Program-made: the position numbers and the translations under genes
Part shown: positions 12,551 to 26,246 of the stretch, in pieces
Layout of the letters: each line of letters starts with the position of its first letter
Position numbering within the stretch: position 1 is the stretch's first letter
Source of the DNA: Raillietiella orientalis
Lineage: Eukaryota
Direction: 5' to 3'
NCBI GenBank assembly: GCA_036172245.1
Contig: JAYWIR010000050.1
Location: 620,001-684,000 of the forward strand
Length of the DNA stretch: 64,000 bases
Notes under the pieces: generated by a model
What the model saw: the letters and a program-made list of their open reading frames with translations, nothing else
Databases searched by the model: none
What the model was told of the DNA's origin: nothing

Positions 12551-14453
12551 AGAAACACGTCCGATGTTCAACCAGCTTTTTCCACCGAATGCATCGATCA
12601 GTTTCAGCGCTTCGGCACCCAATGACCTATATTGGCTGTGGACTTCATTCTGAATTCGAATACTGTCTTACATAAGACGAGGAGGTGTAGGCTACCATTT
12701 GGGTTAACAGCAGACTCAGGGGGAAAGCACTCGTTGCAAATGGTGTGCATCACGGTTTCGAACAGAGAAAGCCAAGTGGCATGAACCACACACACACCAA
12801 CCCCACTGACCCCACTTGAAAAGCATGAAAGTTGCAACTGAGCACTCTGGGGAGAGGAATCTGAATCTGGGTAGCATGGCACAATTCAACGCAAGGACCC
12901 TGGCGCTCAGGCCAAAAAGGGGGCGACGCATGCAAATCGACGTAATTTGCACCTTCTGAGACCGCTCCGAAGGAGGCCAAAAGAGCATGAGAAAGAAGAC
13001 AACGGTCTCGTCGCTCGCTACACAAGTTAACCGAAGGAGGTAATGGAATGGTCATAGTTCCAATCACGATGAAATTACTCAATTTTACATTTTCGGAATC
13101 AAAATTCGTTTTGTTTTTTTCCTACTGGATTAAATTGCATTTCATGTGAAAAACTCCCAAGGCAGGAACTTGCAAAAAATTCAACTGACACAACTGTAAT
13201 TTTTCCGGGTACAACGAAACTGCTAATGACAATGCATTTTTACTGTTTTAGTACTTTTGGTGCCATCATTGACATAAAGTCTGACCAAAAGCTCTGTATG
13301 TAAAGATGGAAAGAAATTCGGTTACGAAAACAAATCTGTTAAAGGAATTCCGAGTTTTGTAACCACATTGCTAGTAGCCAATTAATAGCTTTCAACATAT
13401 ATGGGGCCAAATGAAAAAGATTCCTGGCAAATTTGCAGAAGGCGAATGAGCAAAAATTTTGATGACAAAAAGTTGAGTGCCATTCATTAAATAATTTGGA
13501 CTTTCTCCTCAAATTATACAGAACTGAATTCCTGCCTCTCATTACAATCTAGGGAGCATCAACTAAATTAAGTATCATGAGGGGCACTGAAAATAGCATA
13601 TCAAATGTGACAATCTCTTTATTTCTGCACATAGCTTTCAAATCTTAAACCCATTCCGGAAAAAAGGATGGATCTTGCAAGTACTTTAATGTGGAAAATT
13701 GTAAAAAATTTAACATCCTTGGAACTACATAAAAACAAGAGAAACTGTATTCGACAGTAAGGCTACTAATTTTTCTCAGTGAAGAAAATAATTATCAGCT
13801 GAAAACAGATAGTATGAAAAATGATAATCAAACATTCCTGTTGCTTATAAAAGCATTCTGAATGGAGGGCAAGCTCATCACCATATTGATGTGATAAGCT
13901 CTTTTTTTAAAAAAGGTAAAAAAACATTTCAAAGTAAACACACTATTGGTGGATCACCTTACAAGCTCTTAACAGCATTCATTTATTTCTTATTCCATGT
14001 TTAACCAAACTTTCTGGCTTTCTTCTTAAACAGAGTACCACTAACATGCTTATGACAAATAGATCACAACATTTTTAACACTTCATCATGTGATCTTTAA
14101 AAGCTAAACCAAACTTTGTTTCTGCAAAAGTACTGAAAAACTCCGATTCTGAGATAAGTGAATGAAACTAAAACACATCCAAAAGATCAGCACACATATT
14201 GTCAAGATTGTCAGTAAAATCATCAGCTTCATCAGAACCATTACTAAGCTCATTACAAATGAGAAACACTTGATCAAATTCACTTTCCAATTAATAAATT
14301 CAAAAATCTGTCAAAACTAAAAAAATCAACCCATTTTTTTGTAACAAGACTTAAAATGAAAGGATTCGAATGCAATGAGCAAATTCATCAATAAAATAAG
14401 TTCAACGTAAAATGGTAAAATATATTTGCCTTCAAAATTGGTTAATGAAATCT

Positions 14454-17400
14454 TCACAGGTGACTTAGAAGCTCACTATACTCTGAATGTATCCTCTGCA
14501 GGTGACTGTTGCTGGAAATGATGTTCAGGACATCAAGCAGTAATTCATGTTTGGACCAATTCTGTTAAATATTTAGCATGAACAGCACAGACTGTAAAAA
14601 AATAAAATAAAATATACCAATATGCTGGGACTCCAACTTTTCTTGTCAAGTGAGTGAAACACAGGACCAAGGAGATCATCACAAATTTCTCGCAACTGGG
14701 ACTCAAGTCCTTGCTCAGTGAGGTATCGTACTAAAGTAAGTAGCCAGAAACGGTATTCTAAAGATGAACATAACTGCAAACTAGCTGCTATCTGGCAGTC
14801 CAAATAACTAATAGTTGCACATTCTTGGATAGCAGCAGTGGCTCGGAACACACGTGAATTTCCACCAACTCTGTGCTTTGTTTCTACTTGTGCTAATAGC
14901 AAAGGTAGATGATGCAGACTACCATGAGGCTGCTGTGTGACTATGGTTTGCTCAGCACTCAACTGAATGCTACTGCTACAGTCATAAAACAGCATCCATG
15001 TACGAAGACCCAGATGAAAGAAAAAAGCTTTCCCTGAAGAAAGACTGACTACAGGATTGCCCTGATCAGTCAGCCATGTTTTTATCACAGAAGTTTTGGA
15101 GCCAGCTAGAAACCAAAGACTGCATGCACAATAGAAACGACACTCCCATATTACCTTCAGCTAACTCTTTCAGAGTGTCTTTGGCAATGAGCTGCTGTGA
15201 CTTTAAATCCCATACATACAGATCTTGACATGAAGTCAACACCATTAGCATCCATTCCTTGACACACAGTCTTCCAGCTACACCATTAACCACTAAAGGA
15301 GGAAACAAACGCCTTCCACGATGGGTAAACACATGGATTGAACTATCCTGACATGCAGCAACACACACATGAAGGGAACCAACAATGGCACAAATGGGGG
15401 ATGATAACAACACTTGCCATATCACATGGCAATCCTTAATCAGATGTATACGGTGGACTGCTGAGGTTCCAAAAGAATGCACACCATTTTCTGCCTCCAA
15501 AAAGCCATTTGTTCCTGACAGCTGGATAGACATTCTACTGTCCAGTTTTAAGGCAGGAATATGCAATCCGGAAACTGGGGCTGACATCGTATTTTCATTT
15601 TGCAAAGGGACAATATTCATTTCTCTGACTGGAGATGCAGTTGTAGGAACTGCAGGTGCTTTGTATGTAATACGGCTTCTTTTTGCTGCACTCTTGGGAA
15701 CATCCTTCTCCGTATCATTCTTTCTCTTGGAAGAAAGGATATTCTGCTTTTCTTTGCTTATCTCAGGAGTTCCCTCATTCTGAATCCTAGACCCAGTTAC
15801 AATCTTCCACCAATTAATTTCTTACTTGTCTTTAATATGATTGGACGGAAGATCCTGAACAGCTTTTTTCTCGAAAACAGGAACAACAGGATTAGTTGTT
15901 CCTTCATCTTGATGCTCAACATGAATCTTGCTGCGGGATTCTGTGAAACTACTGAAGCTTGCTGCTTGTGTAGTTGCAAATAATGAGTTTCCTACACTGA
16001 ATTCAAATTGTATTGATGAAAATTATCTATATAATCTACCCTTTCTCCATTACAGGAGGGATAAACACGGGAGTAATACGCCGACGTCCATCAGCTGTGC
16101 GAGTCTCTATCTGTTTATCCAACGGTCCTTTGATAATTTCAGTCTTATTTTCACTGGATGGCAATAAATCTTTTTGCTCTTCTATGCTCAAGCGTCTACG
16201 ATTCTCTTGGATCTTCAGGAACTCGGGATTTTCAATTAGCACATCTTTTAGATTTGAAGTGCCATCAAGTAACGCTAGAGATTTTCCATAAAGGCGCTGA
16301 TGAACTCCAATCTGATACAGTGACTCAGTTTACTGTTGTGAAAAACGGATTACCTTTTCTTCAGGAGAAAGAGATTTTCCTAATTCCTCCTCTGTGAATT
16401 CAATATAAGCAATAGTACCATCCCAAGAACAAGCCAACAATTCAGTTCCATACATGCTCCATGTTAGATCCAATATCTTAAGAGATACAATAATTTCTCG
16501 ATGAAATCGACATTGTACTAACAGAATTTGAAAATAATTCCTGGATAACAACTAGCGGCCGTTTAAGTGCAGTTAGCCATACAGAGATTGTTTTGTCTCG
16601 AGATCCAATAGCACAGCAACAGTAACTCTGGGTTTTATTTGATTTTCGTCTGATATTCTGTAGAATAGTGGGACAAAATCTCTGAAACAGAATGGCATCA
16701 CGAACCAAGGCGAAATGTAATCTTACAACACAAGTAACAGCTTTACGATGGCCAACAAAATCCTTATCACTTCTCCAGCCAGCTCGTTCGATAATCTGTG
16801 CAGTGGGAGCACCATTATTCATACTGTGTGCAGACACGAGATACTGTCCATCTGGAGACCAATTCAGTCGAAGAACATGAGTTGTACCTCCACACTACAA
16901 TGAAACAAAGGCATTCATATCACTACAGCCATATGTTATGATACCTCAGAAAAAGGCTCAACAATATTTCGCTCCTGTTTCCAGTCAGCAGTTCTCCAAA
17001 TTTTCAATGATTTATCGTCCGACTGACTAGCTAAATATTTGCCAACAGGATCCCAAGCAACACCCTTCACCAAACTAGAATGACCTTGGAGTGTGGTTAT
17101 TTGTTCTGAAAATAATGCACTTATATGAAAAAAATCAAGAAATACATACCTGGCCACTTCAAAGCATTCCAAACAATAATTGTGTTATCTATAGAACAAG
17201 AAGCCAACCAAGCATTGTGAGGAGACCATGCTAAGTCTAGAATGTCTCCTGCATGTCCACGTAGTGTAGCAACACATTTCCATGATTCCACTATGATCAC
17301 TTTGCTGCCAAAAACTTGTGAACCTGTTAAGCAAACAAATAACATTATCGATACTCCACAGACATACCAACTGAACTACCACTTAGTTGCCAGATCATAA

Positions 17401-20400
17401 TGACTTTGTCATCACCTCCGGATGCCAGATACTTGCCATTAGATGACCATCTTACACAATTGACACAGGCTAAAAAAAATTAATTATAAAGTACAAAACC
17501 TTGATAATTCAACTGAATCTGAATCAACAATCAATTTTATTTCTTCACTACGATAATAAAATACAGTCTTTAATGTACCATCTTTCAAAATATTTTTTAT
17601 ATAATTCTGAAAATTCTCTACTGGATCTATCCTGAGCTTATGACACTATACTGATATTTCAAAAGAATGGCTTCATTCTCATCAAGTCCTTGAACTACTT
17701 TTAAATAAAATTAGGAAAGAGCAGGCCCCAATATCATTAATTTAATGTATTTATGAATTACTGAAGAATCAAAAAAATGATTTTGGTTAACGAGTATCAA
17801 TTAAACAATTATGTTTTTTGTAGCGCACTTTCTTCAGCTTGGAAGCATGACATGAAACTTCCGACAAAATTTCTTTCTTTTCCTATAAACTACATCTTTA
17901 TAAAAGATGACGATCACGAGAAATCTTTATAGCATAATCTGCTTGCATTACAATATGATCTCCAAAAAAGAAAAAAGATGCAAACGGAGATCAATTTTTT
18001 TTTCTCTTGGTTGAAGCTTCTATAATACAATTCGAATTTGCAAACATGCTGGCTTCTGATAACATGGGTACTGTAACAAACAGTAAAAATTGGAACACTG
18101 AAGAGTGAAGCTCATCTGGAATAATGGTACACAAAGTTTTACTATCCTACTTGAGAAAATGAAGTACAAATCTGCTAATTCTTTTAATGTTTTGCACAGC
18201 TATTATTTAAGAAATGCATACGTTATAAATGAGGTATACTTGTGACTGGGTACAAAATTTTTTGAAACAACACATGTAAACGAATTCACAAATTCTTTCT
18301 CCACGTAATCACTATCTGGAATTTGTGATTTTTCTTGTTCTTAAAAAGTACTCGGTTACCTTTATTGAAAAGAAATTTCTTAAAGACTTTCTTAAACCTA
18401 ACTGCACCTATTTTAAGTTAGGGATGAAAAACATTTTCCTGTTTTCAAAAAAATTGGAAACAATGGATTTCTGTGAGCAGTATACACAAAACATATAGCA
18501 AACATTCAAATAAAAAAAACAAAATCCTTTCTAAAACTCATTCCAAAGACTTGATAACAGGGAACTCCTGCTGTTTTTGCACCTATATTAACTGTTCCTT
18601 TACTTGTCTTAGACCTGTAAGCAAGTCACTATGTAAGTAAAATACATACACCATATTTACTGGATAATATGCATACATAATTCTTGAAGCTTCCAAAGAT
18701 GCACATCTAATGGATAATGCATCAAGTTTTTTACTTGTATGTTGTTTACATTCACGATATTGGATAGAATTAAACAGTGAGGTCTTAGATATGCCTCTAC
18801 TTGAAGAAAGCAAATGATTAATAATTTCAATTTTCAATGTGAATAATAAATTGGAACTGAAGATTCAAGTACAGCATAAATTCTGTATTTCTTGGGAAAT
18901 GTTTAATGTTGTTATACCTCACAAAACTGAAACTTCAATTAAATGGAAAAACCAGCAGCAAAACCAGGGATGTACAATAAGCAAAATAACTTACCAAGAT
19001 GATTATCCATTTGACACAAGATTTTTGGATTGTCCCCATCAGTTTCAATCTCTTCTTTTCTTATTGGATTCATATTCCAGATTATGATTAAGCCAGAATC
19101 CTCACCTGGTCACAAAACAAAAATGATAAAAGTAAGATACAACACAAGATACAATTACAATAGAATAGAATTATACAATTAAACTATAGGCAAATAAAGA
19201 GAAAAAGAAGATAACAATTGTTAGCAATCTTTAACTGCACAGCCTTCAAAGATTTCCAATAAACCAAAACTGAAATTTTAGAACTGCAACATAGATTCAT
19301 AAAACTTCCAAATTAAAGCAAAACAACACAAAACAAAAAACAGACTGCTCAAACACAGTACTGGTGATATTTGTTGACTTAGTTGAACAGATTGCACTGA
19401 ACAGAAATTTATTGCTTAAAAGGGATATGAGAATCATATACTACGGAACAATTAAACCAGAAACAGATGGATACTAAGAAAATAAGAAATGAAAAACTTT
19501 GAAGAGAAAATTATTTAAATGACTGCATCATTACAATGAAAATTTTGTAATTTACAAGTGGCAAAACATCTTGATGTAATCTACGATCAAGGACCATTTA
19601 TCAGCTACATAATGTTACTGCTTCACTTTATCATTCATGAATTGAAAATCAAAGCCACTGAATGGATCAGATTAAAAAACTACTGTCATAACTCAATAAT
19701 CATATATAGCATTTTCTTAAATTTCAACTGAATCAACAAGTACAAAAGCTATAGTAAATCCTGGAATTAAATTGCATACCTCAAAATACAAAAGCACATA
19801 AATTTAAGGGGTTGTCATAGGTTCAACGAAGGTAAATCAAAAAAATGGTAGAAAAACAATCACTTTTGCAGGAAGAAAATCATTTGTACAGCAACAAATG
19901 TTTGAAATCACAATGGGTTTTACAACGGGCACCAAAAATTATGCAATTGTAATATTTACTATTATCAGAAACATGAAACTAAACTCAGTGGAATGTACAC
20001 ATTATGGTATACTACAAATGCCTGCGCTTACAATTAATATAACACATATACAATGCGATTATTAATCTCAATGTATCTTCTGAATTTGTATCATGAGAAC
20101 ATTATTGAAGTTGCATCAACCAGAAACCTAATTCACGTAATTACATAGGAATAAAACCAGGATGTGTACACGAAAATTTCATGATATCTTTTCAAAAATC
20201 TCATGGTTAGCAGCTTGCACTTTCACTAAAAATGGAGAATTTTTTGGTACCTTGTCCTCCAGAAGCAAGCCTTGACCCATCTGGATGTATGTCCAAGGAA
20301 AATATTGGATTTCCTATCGGAAATGGATAAACTTTGTATAGATACAAACAAGAATAGCATGTACAACTTTGCATAAACTAAAAGAAAAACAACTACCGTC

Positions 20401-20433
20401 ATGGTGCACCCAAGTAGGTTTCAAAAGCTTCAT
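14454..20433 (-). CDS. HIRA: Histone H3.3 chaperone HIRA, multi-exon
   Basis: ATG 20433 [52 protein letters not shown]40 repeats ([39 protein letters not shown]); B-domain [16 protein letters not shown]-terminal [13 protein letters not shown]...[11 protein letters not shown]; stop TGA 14454-14456. Confidence 0.97.
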
Positions 20434-20530
20434 GTTTCATCAAGCTAAGTCACTTGATAGATGGACAGCAAAAAGAAGTCCTTTGATATCTTTGCTACCG
20501 CCATTAATCGAATTATCATACGGTGTTGGG

Positions 20531-20559
20531 AATCATTAATAGGGTAGCTATTAATGATT
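20531..20559. repeat. Perfect 12-bp inverted repeat upstream of HIRA
   Basis: AATCATTAATAG-ggtag-CTATTAATGATT. Confidence 0.9.
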
Positions 20560-21109
20560 TCACTTTACTCTGGAATGCAACGTTTCACATCAGTTTAAAA
20601 CACGATATAGACCTTTATCAAACTCATTTCAAATATGCCGAGGTATGAACGCTGAAATATGATTTCCTGTACTCTTGTACCAAAAAAACACACTATTATA
20701 ATAGTACTTGTAAACACGCGGCATCTTACTAAAGGTTTTAGAAATGCATGAGACAGGCTGTTGGTAGGAAATCAGAACGTGAATACAAAATACTTGAAGT
20801 GGTTTAAAGGGGAAACAACCTGCAATCACACAAACAAACGAATTTTATGGGCAGTACCTATTACGGAATCCGTACGAAACGGCAAGAATTGATATGTTCG
20901 TTCACATACGTTATCATTCGACTGACAATAATCACATCCAAGTGGGCCCATATTGTGGGTACCTTACTCGCACAAAGGTATGTCTGTTCCTTTTACCGGT
21001 TGCTGGCTTCTCGAATTTACCATTTCAGGAGGGAAACGGGCACGAGTGGCAGGAGCAACCCTTTACAGATGCCTGGGCAGCCTCGTCCATCTCACGGATC
21101 CCTGGGCAG

Positions 21110-21160
21110 AGGGAGGGAGGGAGGGAGGGAGGGAGGGAGGAACGGTGGGGGGAGGGGGGG
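21110..21160 (+). repeat. (AGGG)n microsatellite plus G runs
   Basis: About 7 AGGG units followed by G6 and G7 runs. Confidence 0.9.
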
Positions 21161-21169
21161 AGGAAACCG

Positions 21170-21760
21170 CCCTCACAGCAGGGTGCGCTGCCGTCAAAGA
21201 CCGTCGGTCAGCAAACACGTGAAACCGAGCAGCCCGATGCTCGCCGCCAGGCAGAAGCGACGTACCACACGCGCTCGCCGGCCGCCACGAATCCTTTGGC
21301 GCGATCCTTCGACTTTCCGTCCCGTGCGGCGTTGGCGCCAGACGGAGCACCAGGAATCTTCCCAAAGAAATGACCGACCTTGCCTCTTCCGGAGAGGTGG
21401 TGCTGCTGCACGAACTGGCGACCAATTTCCCTCGGAACCGAATCCGTTTGGCCCTCCGGGCTCCCCCACCACCACCACTGCACGAGGAGGATGAAAGAAC
21501 CTTTCCTGCCGAGCAGCAAATCGGAATGCTGAGGATCCAGCAGCTATCCCCCCCCCCCTCTTAAGCACTTTTTGAAAAGTGGGTACCGCCGTTGGCCGGA
21601 TGCAAGCAGCACGCTCAGCGCTGCTTCCAAGTAACGAAGCATCTGGGCAACGGTTTCTCTATCACCGGGTTGGGTCATAGAAGGAATGCTTCCGGGCGAG
21701 TCCGTAGAATCTTCCTCTACGAAACCGGGCAGCCCCGGCACAATTGGCAGCGAGCACTTT
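21170..21760 (+). mobile_element. Decayed Tx1/L1-like endonuclease end and linker remnant
   Basis: PPGRSDVPH (~SDH endonuclease motif) followed by linker-like NGFSITG...RRIFLYE. GC-rich and frameshifted. Confidence 0.4.
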
Positions 21761-22699
21761 GGAATTTCGCAATGCCGCTACGGCAATTGCGATTTGAAAT
21801 CCCATCCGGCAGGTTCCTACCAGGACTTTTAAAATCACATCATTTCCATGTGTTTTCTACACAGCCCATTTCCATTTCGTAACAAAAAAAAAAAAAATCA
21901 AGCTTTGCACGATTGGCGTTTCCATCATACACAAGGGTCAAGAAATGAATGCCATCACCCATAACGGTATCGACTTCAAACAGATCTTCCTAGGTGCATA
22001 CTCAACTCCATAATCTTCAATTGTGATCGGCGTCTTTTTAATGTTTTCAAGGAGCACCTCGTCTTAGAGATCATCATGAATGCTGAATCAAACAGACATT
22101 ACTGCTTGGCATCACTGAAGCCAATTTCGTGTACTTCAGAACGCGGATTGGCTATCGGAACTGCAGTTAACTGTGCGTACACTAAGAATCCTGCGAAATA
22201 TTTCAGACCCACGACAGCTTAATACTCTTTACGGAAATTGACTTTCTCAACCTTTCATGTTAACCTGATAAAGTAAATCATTTTATCATATGCCACTGGT
22301 ATTTCAAGAATTTCCTCAGCAAAGGGACGTGTGGGTGTTTTCTCAAGTGTGTTCTTTTTTACACTGTGTTCCTGCTTTTGCTTTTCTGGTTCACAGAAGT
22401 TACCAATAACCTACTTTTTACCAATCCACGGCGTTAAACACCCAGTTTTTCGTTCACTCTTCCTTGTTTTCACCAGAAATCCGTGATCAAGACTCTCTCC
22501 ACCACAAGTAGTATTGTTTTTCTGGGCAGTGGAGTGAAACTTGAGGATTTATTTTTGTTAAATGATGTCTTCCGCAAATTTACATAAAATTGCACTGAAA
22601 TAGGATTCCTGAGCTTTCGAATTATTTTCATTTTCAAACGCGGAACTGCGTGATGGAATCGCATTCAAGAGGGGGCATAATTAACTGAAAGCACATTCC

Positions 22700-23250
22700 T
22701 AGCTCAGACAGACAGTTTTTCCTGTTTCAACCGGCTTCCCATGAGGGGGGGACATCAGAAAAGACTTGCATTCGAAAAAAGAGCAAGGATGTGTTCGGGG
22801 ATGATAACAACCAAAACGTGCGAGTATCTTTAGCACCGAACCTCTTGCAGCACCAAAACTATCGAAAAAAAATAGTAGTGGCTGGGTACGGCATATCGGC
22901 TTCACCGGTCGGGGCCTGAGAAACAACCGATGTGATCCTTTAGAGTCACCATTTAATCCAGCAAGTCCACTAGTTTGAACTCGGTTCGACCGGATGCAGT
23001 ACACACCGTTTCCACTCTTGTCTATTAGGTTCGAAGATGGAAGCGTCCAAAGTGTTTACATGTGTCGTAACGCTCTGATTCCAGTCGGATGTCCCGAGGC
23101 ACGGACGTCGTTCCAGTCACCGAGGAGAAAATTTTGCAAATCCTGCCGATCACTGCAGTCTGATACTAGCGTGAATACAAAATCCATAACGACTCTTAAC
23201 AAATTTCCCATCACTAGGAAAGTGCACGCTGTTTCACACCGAGTGAAAGC
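22700..23250 (-). mobile_element. Possible Penelope-like GIY-YIG remnant
   Basis: GNGVYCI followed, in a shifted frame, by TLKDH (~GVY.I.C...RLKEH). Confidence 0.3.
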
Positions 23251-24399
23251 GTGATTTGTCTGTTTTCCAATAGGTTATACTTGCAAACAATTATTTCCTC
23301 TTGCGAAGCGTCAAATGCAGAGTGCGATTTCGACTTCATTGTGAAATTTGAAATGGGCATTGTTTCGATCAATATAATCAGTATATCAGCTGCGACAAAT
23401 GGTATGATGAAACATTGTATATCTGGCCGATATAGTTGGCAAGCAATGCAGGTCTCCTGTACACTCTGAGCTCTACTTGAGCTACCTGTGTCTCCAGCCG
23501 CGTTTCCCAGTGCAGCTGCTAGAGAAATCGTAATTGTGCTTCAGTGGAAACGAACTCCAAAAGGAAAAGACATTTTTTCAAGCTTCAGAAATGAATGCGT
23601 TACAAAAATTTTTCCTGTTTTGTTGCCTTTAACGTCCACGTGGGTGTAAGCGCCGTCAAAGCTCCTTCCGAGTACAAAAACTATCAGTAGCTTTTTTTGC
23701 ATTCGGATTTTCAGCTTTGCGCGAATTCCTGGGGATGCTTTTGGTAAGATGTTCGAGTGGAAGCTTCTGGAATAGTTGAGGTCAAATGAACCTTTGTGGG
23801 GAAAGAAGCACCAAGGATGCAGTTGAGGATTCGGTGTTCGACTCGCGTATGAGAAAGACAATTCCCTTCGGTCTGCGCACGATTCAAGGAAAGGTGGCGT
23901 GGACACCCCGTGTCGCAAACACCAGAATCCCGTATTCTAGCCCTATGCAATTTCTCATTACTTTGCTGGGCTGATCGGCTGGAAACTCCTCTTCGGTATT
24001 CTGGAATGGATACAAATGTATTCAACAATAAATGTTCAGAGGAAAGACGTGCTGCACCATTTACCGAAGCCTTCCAGGCACAGAATGGTAATGGCTGCAG
24101 CTCGTACACCCCAAATGATATCTTCTCCCTGATTACCTTTGTTCCGAAGGAATCTTTATGCATGTGCAAACATGTATGATCGTAAAGCATGCACACGCTC
24201 GAGAAGGAAAGGGGGAAAGAAAAAACAAAAAAAAAAAAAGGGAAGACCATGTCTCGCGTTGGGAGTCACCTGATTTCTAGTATTTTGTATCCACCCAAGG
24301 TCACTCTCGATCCATGAATCACAGATTTATTCATGCGGAGCGACTTAACCTTCCGCCCGTAGGGGCATCGCCCTCAAGGGATGACGCCGACTGCAGGTG

Positions 24400-25050
24400 T
24401 GGAAGCTGAGGAAAATAGCTAGGGAACATGCTGCACAGATACGTCAGCAATGATCACGGAAAGGCATGCAGAGCTGGTAGCCCAGCTTAGGTGAAGACCG
24501 CCTCGAAACAACGGGAACGGGTGGCACGCAACCTCTTCCGGGAATAGCCCCGAAGAAATCTCCGGGGATGCTGAAACCGCATCTGGTGCTCCACGGCCAA
24601 GGAAAAGCGCATACGCTGGACCTCTCCTGCCCTTAAGAATACGCAGCGACAGCTCGAGAAGAAGCATGGGAAAAAGAAGCAAAGCAAATGGATCACTTCT
24701 TACCCAACGATCACTCCTACGGGGCACGCGACCGTAGAAGCAATCGTCGTAGGGCCTCTGAGGTCTCGCGATCCGGAGGATGACAAAGTGTGAAGAGGTA
24801 TTGGGGGAATTCCCTCGAAATTCCCTCCAAAAGGGCGGGGGTGCAGCAGAAAGAAAATGATACCCTCGAACGTATAATACTCTCGAGTACTGGTAGCATA
24901 GTATGGGACATGCCGAAGAACTTTCAAGAGCAGCTTCGTCACGAGAGAAGGGAGGAAACTGGAGGAAAAGGTGGTGGAGACTCCTCCTCCCTTCACCCTT
25001 GTGCTCCCTTTACAAACATGGATGTAGTTAACAAAATGTTGGATAAAAGC
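24400..25050 (+). mobile_element. Decayed Tx1/L1-like endonuclease-RT linker remnant
   Basis: YGARDRRS (~GA..RSR) and IVWDMPKNFQEQL (~I.....FY..LY). GC-rich block. Confidence 0.35.
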
Positions 25051-26246
25051 CTGTACGCTACTTTGGGAAAACAAACACAGGTTAATAAATAGGCTGCTTT
25101 GATTCGTTGTATCCATTCAACAGTTGGTTTCAATGTGATAAGTAACCAAAGTTTTGTTGGATGCAAAACAATTTTTGCTGACAAACTGAAAGAGCCAACT
25201 CACTTAACTCCAAAGTCCGCTAGATTTGCTTCTTACATTTTATGAAATAGCCGATTTCTAGACTTTGAGCTGCAATGAATTACTTAATCACTTTGAGGTG
25301 TATTGTGCTATGTTATACAATGAACTATCTTATCGGGGAATTGAACATGCTGCAAATACTAACTGCAAAGAATTTGAGAAATTATGAACTCTGGTATTTA
25401 CCACGGTCCTTCATTTTCATTTTATTGTTCACTCTATACTCCTCTGAATGTACTTGTACGAATTCTCTTCTAAACTGAATTTTTTAAGCCTGTGCATTAT
25501 CCATCACTCAAAAGCACAATTTAAGGGTCCTTTCCACTTTTACAATGATGATATTAAAATTATGTATTAAAAAAAAAAAATGCAGCAGTGCTTATCTGCA
25601 GTTGTTTTTGCAATAATCTGCACATATTTTTTGGATTTCTAGTTAAACCTTCGGAGTAAAAAAAAATACTGGGTTAAAATTTGGAAGTTTCGTCGATTCC
25701 ATAAAAGCTATCAAGAAATAACCTAAAAGATTCAGCTAATAATTATTCTATCACTTTAGGGTCTAATTTGTTAGTGCTGTATTCAATATTTGTTGCAAAC
25801 ATGGAATATTAAAAAAAAAAAAAAAATCAGTCAAAATCTTGCAATTATAAATTCTTTCATCGAAAAGAAATTGTATGAGATTATCCCAAACTATCCCATA
25901 AACAATTCAATGTCCCTTATACTACACAATGCAAAATGGCATATGTTGACTTGTCCGATGCAATGAAAGTTTACATTGAGAACTTAAGTATCTTGCATAC
26001 ATGGTAAAAATGAAAGACTCGAAGAATATTTATCATGTTATTATTTTGTCACAGGGGATTACAACTATAAAATCTGGAAATGTTTGCTATCCATTTTGTT
26101 TATTGTCCAATCATGCTTTGTAATAATCATATACAAAAATGCTTCAAGAATCACAAAACGACACTGTTACATTCTGATGCACACCAAAATTATTTGCATT
26201 ATAAAAATAAATTCACTAATCAAACAACATGAAAAAAAACTGGATA

